Origin: Chiloscyllium plagiosum
Lineage: Eukaryota
Assembly: GCF_004010195.1 (NCBI RefSeq)
Contig: NC_057751.1
Coordinates: 8,448,279-8,512,278 of the forward strand
Direction: 5' to 3'
Length of the DNA: 64,000 bases
Shown: positions 24,284 through 37,330 of the stretch, one piece after another
How the letters are laid out: every line of letters begins with the position of its first letter
How positions within the stretch are numbered: position 1 is the stretch's first letter
The notes under the pieces: model-generated
The model's database searches: none
What the model saw: only the letters and a program-made list of their open reading frames with translations
Told to the model about the DNA's origin: nothing
Made by a program: the position numbers and the translations under genes

Positions 24284-25060
24284 AAGTGAGGACTGCAGAT
24301 GCTGGAGATCAGAGTCGAGAGCGTGGTGCTGGAAAAACACAGCAGGTCAGACAGCGTCCCAGGAGAGGAGAATTGATGTTTTGGGCATAAGGCTTTCATC
24401 AGGAAAGAAGATTATGGGTCGGGGCTGAGAGATAAATGGGAGGGAGGTGGGGCTGGGGGCAAGGTAGCTGAGAATGCGATAGGTGGATGAAGGTGGGAGA
24501 AGAGGGTGGAGCAGATAGATGGGAAAGATGGTGGACAGGTCAAGAGGGCGGTGCCGAGTTGGAGGCTTGTGACTGGGATAAGGTGGGGGGAGGGGACATG
24601 AGGAAACTAATGAAATCCACATTGATGCAATGGGGTTGGAGAGTCCCAAGGCAGAAGATGAGGCATTCTTCCTCCAGGCGTCAGGTGGATAGGGTTTGGC
24701 GATGGAGGAGGACAAGGACCTGGATGTCCTTGGTGGAGTGAAAGGGGGAGTTGAAGTGTTCAGCCATGGGGCGGTGGGGTTGGTTGGTGCGGATGTCCCA
24801 GAGATGTTCTCTAAAACAATCTGCAAGTTGGCATCCTGTCTGCCCGATGCAGAGGAGACCACATCAGATGCAACGGATACGGGTAGATGACCTTTGTGGA
24901 GGTACAGGTAAATTTCTGTCAGATCTGAAAGGATCTTTGGGGCCTGGGATGGAGGTGAGGGGGTGGGGGGGGGGGGGGGGGGTGGTGTGGGCAAAGGGGT
25001 GTCTTTCAGTTTCAGAAATGTAGATTTCACCAGTTTCCTCATTTCCCCACCCTATCCCAG
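24284..25060 (-). mobile_element. Penelope-like element 3' part with GIY-YIG endonuclease remnant
   Basis: Minus strand: CGLLCIGQTGCQLADCFREHLWDIRTNQPHRPMAEHFNSP..LEEECLIFCLGTLQP..NVDF; PLE terminus at 24284-24405. Confidence 0.88.
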
Positions 25061-25621
25061 AAGTATTGCTTGAAGTATATTATTTGAAAAGAAGAAGGGA
25101 ACCTATCTAGTATGATCTGAAAAGGCCTAAAGAAATGAGACAATGGTTCACTGAAATAAAGATCACACGAACAGTGTAGAATTGGACTCTCTTTAAAGAC
25201 AATTATCTTCCAAGGTGTTGTACACGGGCCCTTCATATTGAGAGATGGACATCACAGCAAATTGTGATGCTGCACAATTCAAAACACACCGCTCTCTAAC
25301 AGCAAACCTCTTCTTTTTAGTTTGAAAACAACATTACGAGCAATGGTGGCTTTTGGAAGGGTTTAGCATTCCTTCCCTCAGAAAGGAAAAGTTGACCTGC
25401 ATTTGTGTACCACCTTTAGTTTTTAATGTGCTATCAATGTCACAAGGTGCTCTGCAGGAGCATTGCCGAACAAAATTGAATTTTTCCTACTCCTCTCTTC
25501 AGCGTCACCTCACCAAATGGTTAATACTCAGGTTCAAGCCTTGACATTGGGAATCGATAAACATTTGGTCTATCTCAGTCTTACCTTAATCTTGTGCATA
25601 CACACACGCACATATGTACAT

Positions 25622-26267
25622 CATTATGGACCAGGCCAGGCCCCTTCAAAACATTTCAGGAAGGTAGCCAGACCCTAACTTTGCCAGTTGTTTTAAGCAG
25701 GTGTAAAGTGGATATTCCAGGAGGGATGCAGTTGGTCAAACCACTTAGCTTTAAACAAAACAGAATTTATTTACAAGATTACCAAATGAAAAACAAACAA
25801 AAGAGAACAGAATAAAGAATAACAAAACCTATCCAAAAATCCAACTGATCGTCCTAATATAATGATGCTTTTCCAAATTCCTGTAACAATACCTATGAAC
25901 ACCTCTCGGCACAAAGGGTAAAATCAAACACAGGTTTTTCCAGGAGAGAAGTCCGAGATAGGGTACCAGTCTGGACCTGATTCTTTGGGTCCAGCAGCTT
26001 CAAAACTGCCTGAGTGCTTTCAGTGAATAGCCAGACTGCCAGAAACCAAACCAAACCAGAGAGAAGCTGAGCTGCGAGAACTGGCCACCCTCCCTTCAAT
26101 GAACAAGTGTTTTTTTTAAACTTGAAAGCCTTTTGCCTGAGGTAGCTATTCTCAAATTGGCCCTAAAACCTTTCAACTTAGACCTTTCAGAGTCAGTGTC
26201 TTTTACAACCTCTCTGAAACAAAAAACAAGGACAACATAACTTTGTTAAAGGAGCAGCATCATCACA
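25622..26267 (-). mobile_element. Solo LTR
   Basis: Inverted homolog of 18511-19086 over its full length; ends CATCATCACA. Confidence 0.75.
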
Positions 26268-27369
26268 ACACACACACACACACACACGGAATCACAGGCT
26301 CGTACTCAAGGACAGAGTACTGACTTACAATACTTTACTTGGTCCAAAGTGAACTGCAGACCTCCAACACGTGCAATACACAACTATGCAGAAGGCACAC
26401 AGTGAGAGAACCAGACCAGCTCGCAATGCGCTATAGTATCAAAGACCCTGCTCTACATCGCTCACCACTGAGGCATGGTCACTTTGCAGGATTGCCAGTG
26501 CTTAAGGAAACATTAATCAAGTCCCTTTGACAAAGCAGAACAAGACTGTAAGTGAGAACAGTCGTGATACCCTGATCAATTCGAGCGTATATCTAAAATT
26601 GTGATGACAAAACTCTCAGGAAGCTTGCATATTAGGGGAGCTGTTGACAATTTGCAGTCTTTTCACGTCCATTCACTCTTTGCTGGACTGAGAATGTCAA
26701 ATTAAGAATACATTTGTGCTGTGTGTTAATGTCTAGTGGGAAGCAGAATAAAAGTCTCCAAACGGATTGTGTTGATGACCTTTAACAGGATTTAGTAATG
26801 GATCCATCAACTATCTGTGCATTATTCCTGAACCCAGGTCTCAGGAGGTGAAGAACAATTCACTCTAGTTGGCAGCAGAATTTTACTGCTTCCAAGCGGC
26901 TTCTGAAAAATAAACCTCTACGTGTTTAACCTGTTGGAGCATCATACCAATCTGATGGATGTGATTTTACAATTCACAAATTGAGTTCACTGCAGCAAGT
27001 TTGGCAGTCATTCCAAGACAACCAACGTTTTTAATACCCACCTGACACTTTGTGCACCATTTCGCATTTAATAGTCTCAGTCTTACATTTAAATTGTCTT
27101 GCCCCTCCCAATCCGAGTGACCTCCACCAGCTCTGCGTCACTCAAAGAACCCTGTAGAGCTGACACTTAGAACTCCCATGCATTCCCATCCTTTTACTTC
27201 TTTCTCCCCTCCCATCTCAGTGGGCTATGAGAAAGGGACTTGGGTTTTTAACTCCATAGGTCTGTTTCACTCTTAAATGAGATCCTATCTTGTCTGCAAA
27301 TTAATTCTGTGGTTCCGCATCCCTCAGTATTCAGGTTTTTAAGTGAACAATTTCAGCTTGGGTAGAAGT

Positions 27370-27720
27370 GACTCAGTAGTTCACACTGCTCCCTTACAGC
27401 CCACAGGACCCGGTTTCAATTGCACCCTCAGGCAACTATGTGTGCACATTATCCCCGTGTCTGCGTGGGTTTCCTCAGGGTGTTCTAGTTTCCTCCCCTC
27501 CCATCCCCCACCTCCCAACAGTCCAAAGACATACAGTTTAGGTGGACTGGCCAGATTAAATTGCCCCATAGGGTCCAGGGATGGCAGGTTAGGTGGATTA
27601 GCTATGGGAAATGCAGAGTTACAAGTTTAAGGTGGGATAGGGTCTGGGTGGGTAGTTCTCTGGATGGTTGGTGTGGACTTGATGGGCTGAATGGCCTGCT
27701 TCCACGCTGCACAGATTCAA
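27370..27720 (+). mobile_element. HE1-type V-SINE (diverged)
   Basis: CCCCGTGTCTGCGTGGGTTTCCTC, CAGTCCAAAGA, CR1-like tail. Confidence 0.85.
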
Positions 27721-28194
27721 TTTCTAAAACAGGTTTTTGCGTGTTTAAGTGTTTCTATATTTCAGTTCTGAAAGGCCTGGCTCCAATTTTTTCCATTTGT
27801 TTTTGCACTCGAGCCTTGGAATTTCTTTCCCAGAACCTCCCAACCACTCCGGTTCACTTCTTTTTGAAAATGCAGCTTAAAAGCCTGCCTCTTCGACTAA
27901 AATGGTTGATCCATACTCTGAATTTCTCCTTCCTTGCCTTGACATCCAATTGATGGTTGGGCTATGGCTTTATGCATTAAAAGGCGCTATGTAAATATTG
28001 GCGAGTGCCAGTCTATCACCTTTTAAGGAGGGTTTGGTTTAAATCAGTGTAGGTTTGCAAACCCCAACTGCACTCACTGGGAAAAACCCAAACTGCAATA
28101 TCTATTTCTGTACACTGCAGCTTTTCACATAATGCAAATTATCAAAAGCTGATTCCGTAGAAGCTTCAGCAGCCAGTCAACAGGAGGACCTTTG

Positions 28195-28600
28195 TAGTCT
28201 GAGACTCGTACAGCATGGAAACAGACCCCTCAGTCCAACCAGTCCAAGCTGACCACAATGTCAAACTCAATTAGTCCTGCCTGCCTGTGCTTGGCCCATA
28301 CACCTTCAAGTCATTTTTTTATTCATGTACTTATCCAAATGTCTTTGAAACACTAAGTGTACCTGCATCCACTACTTGCTCCACAAATTCATTCCATACA
28401 CAAACCACTCTCCGGGTAAAAATGTAGCCTGTTATAATCTTTCTCCTCTCACCTTAAATATATTTTCCTGTGTCTTGAAATCCCCCACCTTGAGGCGAAA
28501 AACACTGCTACTTACCTCATCTATATCCCACGATTTTTAAAATGTCTGTAAGGTCACCCGTCAGACCTCTGCTGCTCCAGCAGAATAAGTCCCAGCCTAC
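28195..28600 (-). mobile_element. CR1 LINE 3' fragment
   Basis: TACAGCATGGAAACAGACCC is the antisense of the tail at 30495-30514; AAGGTCACCC corresponds to RGDL. Confidence 0.8.
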
Positions 28601-28971
28601 CCATGCACAGTGGGAATTCTCAATTTGTTAGCATCAACCCAAGTCTTTTTTAACATAAATGGGAACACCTCTGTGCAATTGTCTTTTAACTTAACAGCAG
28701 AGCTTGACATAACTTTATGGAGGAAGTCTTCTGAATCCTATGATGAAGAGAGAACATGTCACTAACGGAGATCACTTGGTGTGGATTTCTGTCCAAACGC
28801 TAATTACATGATCACGAACACTCAAAGCAGGATTTGTTATTTGCAACGTTCTTGGTTGAGAGATTGGGGAAGTTTTAACCATCAATGTTGGATTTGTCTC
28901 AGTTGGGAGACAACTAAAATGTGAAAACAAATCTCAAAGCCAAGCCCTTTTAACAGAGGTGGGACGTGAAC

Positions 28972-30532
28972 GCCGCAGAAAATGGGGGGAGATACTAAAC
29001 GAGTATTTTGCATCAGTATTTAATGTGGAAAAGGACATGGAAGCTATAAAAAGTAGGGAAAAAGATGGTGACACCTTGCAAAATGTCCAGATTACAGAAG
29101 AGCAAGTGCTGGATGTCTTGAAACACATAAAGGTGGATAAATCCCCAGGACCGAATCAGGTGTACCCTAGACCTCTGTGGGAAGCTAGAGAAGTGATTGC
29201 TGGGCCTCTTGCTGAGATATTTGTATCATCGATAGTCACAAGTGAGGTGCCAGAAGACTGAGGTTGACTAACGTGGTGCCACTGTTTAAGAAGGGTAGTA
29301 AGGACAAACCGGGGGCCTGTGGACCACTAAGCCTGAAGTCGGCGGTGGGCAAGTTGTTGGAGGGAATCCTGAGGGACAGGACGCACATGTATTTGGAAAG
29401 GCAAGGACTAATTAGGGATAGTCAACATGGCTTTGTGCGTGGAAATCATGTCTCACAAACTTGATTGAGTGTTTTGAAGAAGTAACAAAGAGGATTGATG
29501 AGGGCAGAGCGGGAGATGTGATCTATATGGACTTCAGTAAGGCATTCAACAAGGTTCCCCATGGGATATTGGTTAGCAAGGTTAGACCTCATGGAATACA
29601 GGGAGAACCAGCCATTTGGATACAGAACGAGCTCAAAGGTAGAAGACATGGGGTGGTGATGGAGGGTTGTTTTTCAGACTGGAGGCCTGTGACCAGTGGA
29701 GTGCCACAAGGATCAGTGCTGGGTTCTCTACTTGTTGTCATTTATATTGGATGTGAGCAGAAGAGGTATAGTTAGTAAGTTTGCAGATGACACCAAAATT
29801 GGAGGTGTAGTGGACAGCGAAGAGGGTTACCTCAGATTACAACAGGATCTGGAACAGATGGGCCAATGGGCTGAGAAGTGGCAGATGGAGTTTAATTCAG
29901 ATAAATGCGAGGTTGTCCATTTTGGAAAGATAAATAAGAGGGCAAATTATTATTTCAGTGGTCATCAGATTCAAAGTGTGTCAGTGCACAGAGATCTGGG
30001 CTTGTTTGTGCATGAATCATTAGAGTAGAAAAGTAGGTGCAGCATATAATAAGAAAGACAAATGGAATCCTGGAACTTATTACAAAAGGATGCAATTCTG
30101 GTCTCCTTTCTATCGGAAAGATGTTGTGAAACTTGAAAAGGTTCAGAAAAGATTTACAAGGATGTTGCCAGGGTTGGAGGATTTGAGCTATGGGGAGAGA
30201 CTGAACAGACTGGGGCTGTTTCCCCTGGAGCGTCGGAGGTTGAGGGGTGACCTTATAGAGGTTTACAAAATTATAAGAGGCATGGATAGGATAAATAGAA
30301 AAAGTATTTTCCCTGGGGTTGGGGAGTCCAGAACTAGACGGCATAGGTTTAGGGTGAGAGGGGAAAGATATCATTTAAAAGGCATTTGGATGGGTATATG
30401 AATAGGAAAGGTTTGGAGAGATATGGGCCGGGTGCTGGCAGTTGAGACTAAATTGGGTTGGAATATCTGGTCGGCATGGATGGGTTGGACCGAAGGGTCT
30501 GTTTCCATGCTGTACACATCTCTATGACTCTA
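28972..30532 (+). mobile_element. 5'-truncated CR1 LINE, ORF2 reverse transcriptase pseudogene plus 3' UTR
   Basis: KSPGP, QHGF, YMDFSKAFNKVPH, GVPQGSVLG, SKFADDTK, RRRLRGDLIEVYKI; frameshifts; CTCTATGACTCTA tail. Confidence 0.95.
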
Positions 30533-30571
30533 AGTGCTCCCAGAAAGAGGCTTGCTCAACTGGGAAGAAGG

Positions 30572-30985
30572 GGTCAGTTAGCTCAGTGGGCTAGATGGTG
30601 GGTTTTATGATGCAGAGCCCAGCCAACAGCATGGGTTCAATTCCCACAGTGGCTTCTCAACCTCCTCTCTCACCTGATGTGTGGTAACCCTCATGTTAAA
30701 CCACCACCGGCCCTCTTCTCTCTCACGAGCGAGAGAGCAAGTTGTGCAGCCTTCAAGGAGCAGGAGAATTGACGTTTCGGGCAGGAGCCTTTTATCAGGA
30801 AGGAGGCCATTCCTGATGAAGGGCTCCTGCCCAAAATGTCAATTCTCCTGCTCCTCGGATGCTGCATGACCTGTTGTGCTTTTCAGCAACACACACTGTC
30901 GACTCTTACCTCCAGCATCTGCAGTCCTCACTTTCTCCTAGTGGAGAGAGTGGCCCAGTGGTCCTCCAAGACTATGTCAACTCCA
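30572..30985 (+). mobile_element. tRNA-derived SINE split by a PLE palindrome
   Basis: TAGCTCAGTGG A box, GGGTTCAATTCCC B box; GAGAGAG on both sides of the insert. Confidence 0.6.
30745..30940. mobile_element. Palindromic miniature PLE derivative
   Basis: GGAGCAGGAGAATTGACGTTTCGGGCAGGAGCC..ATCAGGAA is inverted against TTCCTGATGAAGGGCTCCTGCCCAAAATGTCAATTCTCCTGCTCC. Confidence 0.8.
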
Positions 30986-32358
30986 CCTTTTATTTGGACA
31001 AGGCTTTATGATTCAGGTTTCAGCTTTCCTCTGGAGGTATTGGCTGAATCATCAGGTTTTTTCTGGGGAAATCACCATGGTGAAATGCAGTTGCTGAAAT
31101 GAGGCAGACACACTGCTGTCTGTATGAACCAAGTGTTTTGCAGCATGGCTTGGGGACCATAAGAAACAAAAGGAGTACTGAAGAGTGGCTCTTCACCCCC
31201 CACGCTCACTGGCCATTCATCTAGTTACTTCTTTGGTCACTAAGCGAGATACTGCACCCTCCATTCTCCCCAAACACTCCACCCCACCATCTTCCCCATG
31301 CCCACCATGTCTCCCCCGTCCAGTGTTTATCTAACGCCTATTTGTCCAAACCCATTTGTCCTTGCAACTCCCCTCCCCATAATCTCTTCCCCAGGCAGTC
31401 AGAAACCCACCTGTCACTCGGCCACAACGCCTTTTGCAACAATCTCCAAGATCTGAGAATATTTCAACTGTCACACCTTACTCTGAAGACAGAAAAGCAA
31501 CACGCGCACTGTGGTGTTAAAATTCTAGCATGACCAGAACTCCCCACCGAAATAAACACCTACAGTTTGAAAGTCCCTGCCCAGTTGGGACCCATTGATG
31601 CTTCTGATGCGAAATAATGTTGGTGCTAAGAAATGCATTTGTGAAAATGAATCTTCGAAGCGCAGATCAATCGGTCCAGCATTCGTGAAGGAGACAAAAT
31701 GGATGAACACTTATAAAACCTAATCAGTATTCAACAGAAGCACAAGTGACCACAAGTTGAACTGATCTTGTTATAAGGTGACCTGAACCCAATGAGAGGT
31801 GGATTTCAAGATGAGAATCAGAAAACTGTCAGTGCTTGTTTCTGCCTGGTTGATCTCAGAAATGCTAAACGCTTCATCTATATTTATCCTGCAAATTGGT
31901 TCTCAAGTAAACTCAAGTTACAAGATAAGGATTGCACATTTTGCATATATTTGGTTATGTTCTGCACCCTAAGGTGCCCAGGGACCATGTATCAATTGAA
32001 AAATTAATTGACAATGTTGGCAACTGTTTCGGTGGTGGAAACCAGAGTTGATGATAAAAGCATCTGTTCTTCTTTTTCACCATAAACAGAATGATGAGAA
32101 GCAAAGTAAGGCTGATTGATGATACTAAGCTCTGCAGTCAAATGAGATCTATGTAGGTTGAACTGATAGGTATCTGCATAATTAAGATGTGACAAGAAAA
32201 AACAAGATGGGATTTGAGGTTTAAAATGTAAGGTGATGTCTGACTGTGCAATGAACTGACTCAATGAATGGAAAATTCAGTGGAAAACGCAGAAGATTCA
32301 ATAAATTCAGAGAGCTCTTGGCCATTCTTAGAATCTGATTCACAGAGTCCCATAGGTA

Positions 32359-32670
32359 TTTAGATTAGATTAGATTCCCTACAGTGTGGAAACAGGTCAT
32401 TTGACCCAACAAGTCCATACCTCCAGAGAGAGTATCCCACCCAGACCCATTCCCCTACATTTTACCCCTGACTAACGCACCTAACACTATGGGCAATTTA
32501 GCCTGGCCAGTTCACCGAACCTGCACATCTTTGGATTGTGGGAGGAAACCCACACAGGCACGGAGAGTACGTGCAAACTCCACATAGACAGTGGCCCGAG
32601 GCTGGAATTGAATCCGGGTCCTTGGCGCTGTGAGGCAGCAGTGCTAGCCACTGAGCCACCGTGCCGCCCA
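32359..32670 (-). mobile_element. HE1-type V-SINE, full length
   Basis: (TTAGA)n tail through CCACCGTGCCGCCC head. Confidence 0.92.
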
Positions 32671-35600
32671 TAAAGATGAAGTTGTCACAATGGTTTACGT
32701 TGGTAAAACATTGTGACATCTTCAAGATGAGTTTCAAAATTTATCATCTTCTTGACAAATCTGTTTCGAGCTTCACCATGAACTCTCCTTGAAGTTGTTG
32801 CTGCATTTACCTTTACGTCAATCCAATCCTTCAACCAACCCTGTCTTGACTTTATCGTGGAATGTTTCTAATTCAGGAAGTTGTCGCTCACCTTAAATCA
32901 CATTGAATCTTCTGTTCAAATCCGTGAATCCATAACTGCGGTTTCCAACATGGGTTTTTTGACCAGCTGTCTCATTAAACCATGTGACACAGATCTGGAC
33001 ACTCACTGGCCCACAAAGACAATTTTTTTCCTTTGTTTCTCCACTTGGATAAAGAATTCCACCTGCTTTTTGTTGTGATTGCAACAAGGTCAGCCCTGGA
33101 GAATCCCACAGAATCTGAGTTCCCTGGCTGGAGCAGATACCAGCAGGTATCTGCTCATTGGCCTCTGTAGTGTTAATAGCACTTTTAAACAGCTCTGAGG
33201 TTTATTGTATTTTGAATTCGACTGCAATCCAGGTGTGTTCACCATCATTTCTTTCATTATGGATAAAATGAAAAATTGAAAGTCATGGAAGTCTGCATTC
33301 TCATGGAATTCTGCATTCTTCCTGGTTTTCTGTCTGTGAGGATACCTCAACGTGATTGATGCTCACTTCTCACTAAGGGGATTCTTCAGTCAGGAAGAAA
33401 GTCAAGGGTTATATGGATGAGGCAGGAAAGTAGATGATTGGATCAGCCATGATCCAATTGAATGGAGAGTAGATGAGATGGGCTGAACAGTCTATTTCTG
33501 CTCCGACGTGCCATTTGTCCTGGATTTAGTGTCAAACCGATGTCAAAAGAAGGGAAATCCAGCCTTGTTGCACTTGCCGGATCTTCATGGGCAGTTTTCT
33601 TGGAGGCCAATGGTGAGCGTTACTGCTTCACTGTTGACCCCAAATTCCAACTCATTTCTGTTATTTGACAGGGTCTGGCACCATTTTGTATCTCTGGTTA
33701 TGATTCAATAACCTATTCCATTCTCAATTCCTGACTTTCATTTGCCTTTGCTTTTTGTGATCTAATCATTGACACATCTACAGTTTCTTTATTCATAAAT
33801 TGGGGTTGGGTTGGCGGGGAGCGCAGAATTTTATGATTCGTACGGCCCTTCACTTGACAACAGCTCCCATTTCAAGAAATTAAAAATACGCTTCAGTTTC
33901 CAACGACAATAATTATGGTGATTCTGCATTCTGTGCTATCATCCTGATGCACTTTTGTAAGGCATGATTTGCCTAGATAACCCGCAAAACAATACATTTC
34001 GCCATGTCTCAGTACACATTACAATAATAAATCAAATGAAATCATTTTAAATTATGCCCCTGACTTGAATTTCTTTTTAAAAGATTAATTTAAATATTTG
34101 ATTAAGCTGTACACTTATCAACACCTTGCAATCAAAAAGGTAATGGAGTGCTGTAGGTCACTCAGATAAAAGTTCCAAGGCTCAATTATGTGGGTTATGT
34201 GATACAAATGGACGTGCTTTTGTCAGGATTGATATTTCAAAAAGAAGGCAGATCTGAGTTTGAAGTATTGGAAGGCACAGATAACGAAGATGAAACAACA
34301 TTATTAAGCTGTAATCACTGAGCATCTAACTACCGGGTTGTCAGGCTTCAGGCAGCAGGAGACGGTGACGTTTCCACCTCCTCAAGATTAAATATCTAAC
34401 ATCAACTAACATCACAAGATTTGACTTTCCCAGCAATAAACGGCTTTGAACAGAATCAGGGAAATTTACTTAAGTCCAACGTTTACGTCACTTGTTACAA
34501 GAATGGGTGCAGAACATGAAACAATCAACTTGCAAGTGTCCACCACTGCTATGAAACTGTGCTACCCTCCTCATCCTCTTTATGCCCTAACGGTGGACAT
34601 CCACGATCGAGAAGATCCCACGTTACAGAGGGAGAGGAATACACTTCTTTTTCAGAACAGAGCGGACGGCAAAAGATTTGTTCAACATAGCAAATGGGGA
34701 TGAATGATTATTGGAAGATATGGAGGAAAGTGGAGTTGAGTAGAGCATCAGATCAGCCATGATCTCACTGAATGGTGGAGTAGGCTGGATGGGCCGATTG
34801 GCTGACTCTTGATTCATTTGCAGGAAGAAGTGGAAGCAACAGGGAGACTGTTCCAGAGAATGGGACCGCGCTGGTTGAAGATTGGAGCTGGGATGTAGTG
34901 ACTGTGCAGAGGTGAGCCAGCTGGAGATCACTGGAATCTGTGTTCCCTTCCGGGAATCTGGTCAGTTCTAAAGTCAAGAACTGTTCACGTGGAAATAAAG
35001 GGTGATATGGTGATAGGATACTGGCCGCTGTGGAGCTATTTCAGTCGGGAATTCAAAATACACTGAAAGAGCAAACATTCAAAGAATGAATACCTGCATT
35101 TATCATGAGTAAAGTACTTCACAGCCAATTATGTAGCTTCGAAATACTTTTGTAATCACCATTGTAATGTAGGAACTGCATGCAACTCCCTCCCTTGAAA
35201 AGCAATGACAAGTGATGATAGTTCGCATGGTTATCACCATTGAGACTAGCTTGGTGTGTGTCAACTGGTTTCAAATACCACCAGTGCAAGCGTGTTTTCA
35301 ATAAACAAATCTGTGGTGCAGAAAAGTCTAGCCCAAGTGACTCAAGACCCAAAGGAAGGTAGTGAGTCTTAACTGCCCTCTGGGCAATTAGAGATGGGCA
35401 ATGAATATTTTGTCTTGTCACATAAGCCATTGAGGTTAAGGGTAATTAGGGATGAGTGATAACTGTTACCTCTGCCAGTAACAGCCACACCCCAGCCAAG
35501 AAGAAAGTCCTTGTGCCTGTCTTTTTTTAATCTCTATTTGTGCCTTCTTGTTCTGGCTGTTTTCACCAATGATAATAGTTTCTCCTGACTCAGCTCTCGC

Positions 35601-35829
35601 CATGTTATTCACAATTTTGAATGTATTTCAAACCAAATCCCCTGCCGGCCTTCTCTGCCCTCAACAGATCAACACCCCAGCTTCTCCAGTCTCTCCCCAT
35701 GTCACCTAAATCCCTCCTTGCAAGCACCCTGCATTGAAATATCTCAATTGCCTTGTTGAAAGCTTCCCTATTCTACAGATCTGGGCACTGCCTTGTGGGC
35801 ACTTTTGATCTTGTAAAAGATGAGAATTA

Positions 35830-36150
35830 TAGGCTCCCCACAGTGCAGAAAGAGGCCATTCAGCCAATCGAGTCTGGACCGACCTTCTGAACAGCATCAC
35901 ACCCAGACCCACATTTCCCATGGATAATCCATCCAGACTGCACATTCCTGGACACTATGGGAAATTTACCACAGACAATCCACATAATCTGTACATCTGT
36001 AGACTGTGGGAGGAAACCGAAACACCCGGAGGAAATGCACACATAGAGGGGGAGAATGTGCAAACTCCACACAGACGGTCCCCCTGAGGCTGGAATCAAA
36101 CCCGGGTCCCTGGTACTGTGAGGCAGCAGTGCTAACCACTGTGCTGCCCG
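35830..36150 (-). mobile_element. HE1-type V-SINE
   Basis: V-domain and GAGGCAGCAGTGCTAACCACTG head. Confidence 0.88.
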
Positions 36151-36989
36151 AGGTTCATGATAACATGCTTGGTTGAGCCGACCACTGAAGGCTGGACACT
36201 TAGGCTGACTCAATCAAGTTAAAAAATCCATAACTACCAAAGACCAAAATGTGGGAGTTCATGCTTAACCAGTGCCTGACCAATGGGCACTGGAACTGAC
36301 TGCTGCCACCTATTGGAAGGATGTGACCAGTATCCTGAAGCCCTTCCTGAAATTAACAGCATGTAATCAGTAATGTCTGACACCTCATGGAAATTTCCTG
36401 TAAAATCTGAGGTTGGGAGGTAGTGTACCTCAAAAGAAAGAAAACAAACAAAGTGCAAACAGCAGTGCCATCATAAGGACCACCAGCCTGGATTCTCTGG
36501 GTACATGATGTACAACAACGCCACAATGTATGCGGAAGGCACAGCCAGTGCAGATTTATCAAATCATATCTGCTGATTCGAGGAACAGGTTGACAAGGCT
36601 ACATTTTTGTCCCATTCTTTATTTTTAAAAATCCACCTGCCACTCTGTTCAAAGGTGTCAATGCACACGTCTGTCTGAAGTGGCTGTCAAAGTGAGGAGC
36701 TGGTTGTTAAATTGCCAAATATTCAATTGACTAAATGTGAACAAATCGAAATTTGTTAAAGACAGTTGCCAGGCAACCATGAGGAATGAGCAAGCAGCAG
36801 AAAACAGGATGTGTTTCACAATCATTTGTGAAGCTCCATCCTGAACAAATTAGTATCAGGAACCAACTTACCCAACTACTTACAACTTCTGTCCCCATCT
36901 CCTACAAAGCTCCTGTCTACGATTCCTTCAAACCTATACACATATTTCGCTGGAACTCTCTGCCCCCTCCACACCATTTGAATATTTCC

Positions 36990-37330
36990 ACCTCCAGCCA
37001 CAGTCACTCATGATGCAAACAAGGTGACAAATGACATTGTCTCTGACAAGAGTCCACTTGTCCCTCTGGCCTCTTGCAGGGAGTTTATGACACAATCAGC
37101 CTCACCCTTTTACAAGTTTCCCACACTTGCCAACCTTGCCTGTTGCTCACCCCAGTCCAAGACCGCTCTCTCTGGAGATTATTGTATATCTGTATGTCAC
37201 TCCCTGGATTCCATCATGTATGTGCCACATGGGATGAGCTTCCCTTACAGCCCTTGGTCCAGAGCTGAGTACGGACAAGCCCTCTGTTGACATTGCAATG
37301 AGCCAGGAAGTGTTGTTTAGGTGGATTGAG
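36990..37330 (+). pseudogene. Possible highly decayed Harbinger (HARBI1-like) transposase fragment
   Basis: Ordered weak motifs KVTND, LQGVYDT, RLLYICMSLPGFHH resemble VTDAL, VQGAIDCTH, RILHVCARFPGSxHD. Confidence 0.35.

Noticed and set aside
24347..25042. 231-aa proline-rich ORF
   Set aside because: Off-frame reading of the PLE plus a poly-G run
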